Source: Gloeobacterales cyanobacterium (lineage in GTDB: Bacteria > Cyanobacteriota > Cyanobacteriia > Gloeobacterales > PMM-0068). Taken from it: 64,000 nt of DNA. Under the pieces are notes generated by a model. It was not told the DNA's origin. It searched no databases and saw nothing but the letters and a program-made list of their open reading frames with translations. The stretch is taken from NCBI GenBank assembly GCA_038245785.1, contig JBBRSB010000001.1, positions 96,001 to 160,000 on the forward strand. The letters run 5' to 3'. Of the stretch, positions 61,405 to 64,000 are shown in pieces (within the stretch, counting starts at the first letter, position 1; the number at the start of each line of letters is the position of its first letter). The translations under genes and the position numbers were made by a program.

Positions 61405-61856
61405 CAAGACAACTCATTCGTCACATTCCCCTGAACAGTGCCATATACTACTTGACCACCCTTCATCTGCCCAATTACCTGATTTTGATTCCCGGTGACA
61501 GTTTGGACAACTTGGAGTCCAGGAGTGCCATCAGGAGCGTTTTCTTGGAGAATTCGAGCGATCTCTTTGGTCAGTTCTTTATCCTGCTCTAATATTTTTT
61601 GTAATTGTCGTTTGAGGGCAATTCTCGACTCTTCATCCTCTGGATTATTCGCCACATCCGCAGCGGCTTCTTTTGCCGCTTCCTTGGTCTCCACCTTAGG
61701 ACTTAACTTCTCCCAAACCGCCTGTGCCTTACCCCAAGCCGCCTCGCCAAACTTCCCCGAAGCAGATTCAGTCGCTTTCTCCACCGCCTTTCCACCTAAT
61801 TTCAACAGAAAGGGTAAGAACGGGCTGATGAACCCTGTCAAAACGGCGATTTCCAT
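61404..61856 (-). CDS. Small helical (Bell-like) putative effector with C-terminal amyloid-like signalling motif
   Basis: Hydrophobic N-terminus (VLTGFISPFLPFLLKLG), helical body (FGEAAWGKAQAVWEKL...LKRQLQKILEQD), low-complexity tail; TGATG overlap with the NLR. Confidence 0.8.
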   Translation of the reverse strand: MEIAVLTGFISPFLPFLLKLGGKAVEKATESASGKFGEAAWGKAQAVWEKLSPKVETKEAAKEAAADVANNPEDEESRIALKRQLQKILEQDKELTKEIARILQENAPDGTPGLQVVQTVTGNQNQVIGQMKGGQVVYGTVQGNVTNELS

Positions 61857-62217
61857 GTTCAAATCCTTATTTGAAAAAACCATTACCCATAACTTGCAAT
61901 ATCAGGAGCTAAGTTGCGACATGCCAGAATTCCAAGATTTTCACATACCCAGCATGACACGTAGATATCCAAGTGTAATCATACTGAGTTGAAGCAGAAA
62001 GTCAATTGAAAGATCTTTCGGTTAATTTGGTGAGCTTTTAGCCGATTTTGACTTTCCTGCAATTTTATTTGATTTGGTCGAACATTAGGTTGTGGGGAAC
62101 GGCTCCATCCACCGTGAGGATAAGAGGCGCAGAAAGCAAGCGGTGACTATACTCAAGTTATCTACCTCTACTCCAGTAGCTTTTTGAGCGAATATTTATT
62201 CTAAGAGTTGATCAAGC

Positions 62218-62514
62218 ATGCTTACCACGACTGACATTGGTACATTAATCACTCGTTCTTCAGAAATCGGGAGTGGTCGTCCGATGATTGCGGGCACGAG
62301 AACCTCGGTAAGGCGCGTGGTTGTTCTATATAAACAAGGTGCAGGTGCAGAAGAAATAGCCCGTCGCATGAGTCATCTCAGCCTTGCCCAGGTTTATGCG
62401 GCACTAGCTTACTATCATGCCAACCGCGACGAGATTGAAGCAGATTTGGCTGAAGAGGAAGCTGAATATTCCAGATTAGCAGCAGCACACGGTAAAAATG
62501 CTGGACAGAGCTAG
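62218..62514 (+). CDS. DUF433 antitoxin
   Basis: GRPMIAGTRTSV, LSLAQVYAALAYYHANRDEI. Confidence 0.9.
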   Translation: MLTTTDIGTLITRSSEIGSGRPMIAGTRTSVRRVVVLYKQGAGAEEIARRMSHLSLAQVYAALAYYHANRDEIEADLAEEEAEYSRLAAAHGKNAGQS

Positions 62515-62516
62515 GA

Positions 62517-62891
62517 ATGGGCAAAATTCTGCTGTATCTTGATGAAGACTCAATGGATCAGGACTTTGTACAGGCGCTGCGGTCACGCAATGTCGATGTT
62601 CTGACCGTTGCAGATGCAGGGATGTTCTACAGGACAGATGAAGAGCAGCTCGCCTGGGCAGCAGAACATTATCGAGTCATTTTCAGCTTCAATACAAGAG
62701 ATTTTTATCGCTTGCACACGATTTTGCTGGAGCAGGGATTGTCTCATGCAGGAATTGTGCTAGCACCGCAACAGCGATATGGAGTGGGCGAACTCATGCG
62801 CGGAGTTCTAAATTTGATTAATACTAAGTCGGCAGAAGAGATGGTTAGTCAACTAGAATTTCTGAGTGATTGGGTCCCAGGAGAAAGATGA
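62517..62891 (+). CDS. DUF5615 PIN-like toxin
   Basis: LYLDEDS, DEEQLAWA, FSFNTRDF, HAGIVL; follows DUF433. Confidence 0.88.
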   Translation: MGKILLYLDEDSMDQDFVQALRSRNVDVLTVADAGMFYRTDEEQLAWAAEHYRVIFSFNTRDFYRLHTILLEQGLSHAGIVLAPQQRYGVGELMRGVLNLINTKSAEEMVSQLEFLSDWVPGER

Positions 62892-62957
62892 TCAATTGCC
62901 AGAACAACAGAGAGAAAATTGCAAAGTTATCAATCAACTTACTCAACAGGCAGAACT

Positions 62958-63134
62958 ATGACAAATGAAATCCCTCCAGTAACCCAAAAAGCCTTAGAAA
63001 TGCTCAAAAAAGTTGCCGCTGAGACCCTCGATCGTAAGCGTCGCCTGGGTCATTATGCCGTCATCTGGCGCGATGGGAAACCTGTGGCGATTGGTGAAGA
63101 TGCGCCGGATAGCCTTCGAGACAATTGCCCCTAA
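62958..63134 (+). CDS. Small hypothetical protein
   Basis: ALEMLKKVAAETLDRKRRLGHYAVIWRDGKPV resembles small proteins usually found beside predicted ATPases. Confidence 0.55.
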   Translation: MTNEIPPVTQKALEMLKKVAAETLDRKRRLGHYAVIWRDGKPVAIGEDAPDSLRDNCP

Positions 63135-63137
63135 GAA

Positions 63138-64000
63138 TTACGGTTCTTGTGGAGCTTGGAGAGACTCCATCGATTTGCTCGGAAGTCTTGCTTCGCGGAT
63201 CAGGTGGGCGTAAGTTTCTGAAGGTCTGTCCCCAAGATGGTCTTCAACCAGTCGATTGGTGCCCTTAGCAAAGTCGATCGAGAGAAGGCCGAACCGAGGC
63301 GTGTAGGAACCCCATTCGTAGTTATCCATCAAGGACCAGTGCATGTAGCCAGCGATTGGGACACTTTCTGAGAGCAGACGCAGAACTTGCTGGACGTGCG
63401 CCTGTAAAAACTCGCTGCGCAGTAGCTGGTCAGGACGATGAAGGGCAATGCTGTTGTCAGGTCTGCGGCGCATGGCCATCCCATTTTCAGCAATCAGGAT
63501 CGGGCGAGGGGCAAAATTCTGAGCGTAGTACTTGCAAAAGAAGTGTAAACCTTCTGGAAGGCTGCGCCAGTCCCACCACTTGCTCATAACGCCACTCATC
63601 AGCCAGGAAGGTAAACCACGAGTGGGAAACTCGAAGTCAGAAAAAGTTGGCAGGCGGAAGCTGTGTGCAAGAAAAGGATCGTAATAGTCGATGGCGACAT
63701 AATCGAAGACTGAGTCGCGTGGAGATACTTCCAGTTCATGCAGGTAGAGGTTTAGGTGCTGGCTATTAAACGTGCGATAGCCGAACCAATTAGAGATCCA
63801 GTGAGCGAAGCGGCCCACTTGGTAGGGAAGGTCATGGCGAAAAGGTAAATTGGCGGTTACCATTGCCGCTTCGAAGCGCTTAGCCTGGTCATAGATGTAC
63901 TCATGAAGTTGTGTGGGTGCAACCTTTCTTTCCCGAAGACTGAGCAAATCCCAAAGAACTTTGTCGGACCAGTAGAGATCGCTGGAATAGGTGTTGATCG
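63138..64000 (-). CDS. Glycoside hydrolase family 1 protein (5' part outside the window)
   Basis: Nucleophile IAENG, GYMHWSLMDNYEWG.Y.PRFGL; frame stays open to the window edge. Confidence 0.88.
   Translation of the reverse strand, partial: INTYSSDLYWSDKVLWDLLSLRERKVAPTQLHEYIYDQAKRFEAAMVTANLPFRHDLPYQVGRFAHWISNWFGYRTFNSQHLNLYLHELEVSPRDSVFDYVAIDYYDPFLAHSFRLPTFSDFEFPTRGLPSWLMSGVMSKWWDWRSLPEGLHFFCKYYAQNFAPRPILIAENGMAMRRRPDNSIALHRPDQLLRSEFLQAHVQQVLRLLSESVPIAGYMHWSLMDNYEWGSYTPRFGLLSIDFAKGTNRLVEDHLGDRPSETYAHLIREARLPSKSMESLQAPQEP

Overview
Cyanobacterial chromosomal window (psaE, Npun_F0494-like gene, Uma2, RRM protein). Only one HIP1 octamer was noticed and thiG is stand-alone, which tentatively points to a HIP1-poor lineage such as Gloeobacterales. 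About 2-5.3 kb is a patch of integron-cassette-like remnants with one complete attC. About 5.5-29.4 kb is mostly housekeeping: ftsH, hrcA, ruvB, tldD, rplU-rpmA, thiG-purQ, rbp, psaE-mutM, an RDD-TonB/TolA fusion, nadB/nadA, moaD-moeB. About 29.4-64 kb is largely accessory: a glycan-modification islet, DUF2126 ligase plus a Met-rich zinc-ribbon protein, NADH-GOGAT gltBD, DJ-1/OYE genes, a desaturase-SDR-creatininase operon with a divergent binding protein behind an NtcA-like site, a Fic gene with a partial duplicate, and toxin-antitoxin pairs. The standout is a translationally coupled pair at 58171-61856. A small Bell-like helical protein ends in an N/Q/G/V-rich motif that reappears at the N-terminus of the adjacent STAND-NTPase/TM/WD40 receptor. 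This is the hallmark of NLR amyloid (prion-like) signalling, possibly with a new motif family and a membrane-spanning receptor. No rRNA, tRNA or CRISPR array was recognised. All calls are by eye, without database searches.
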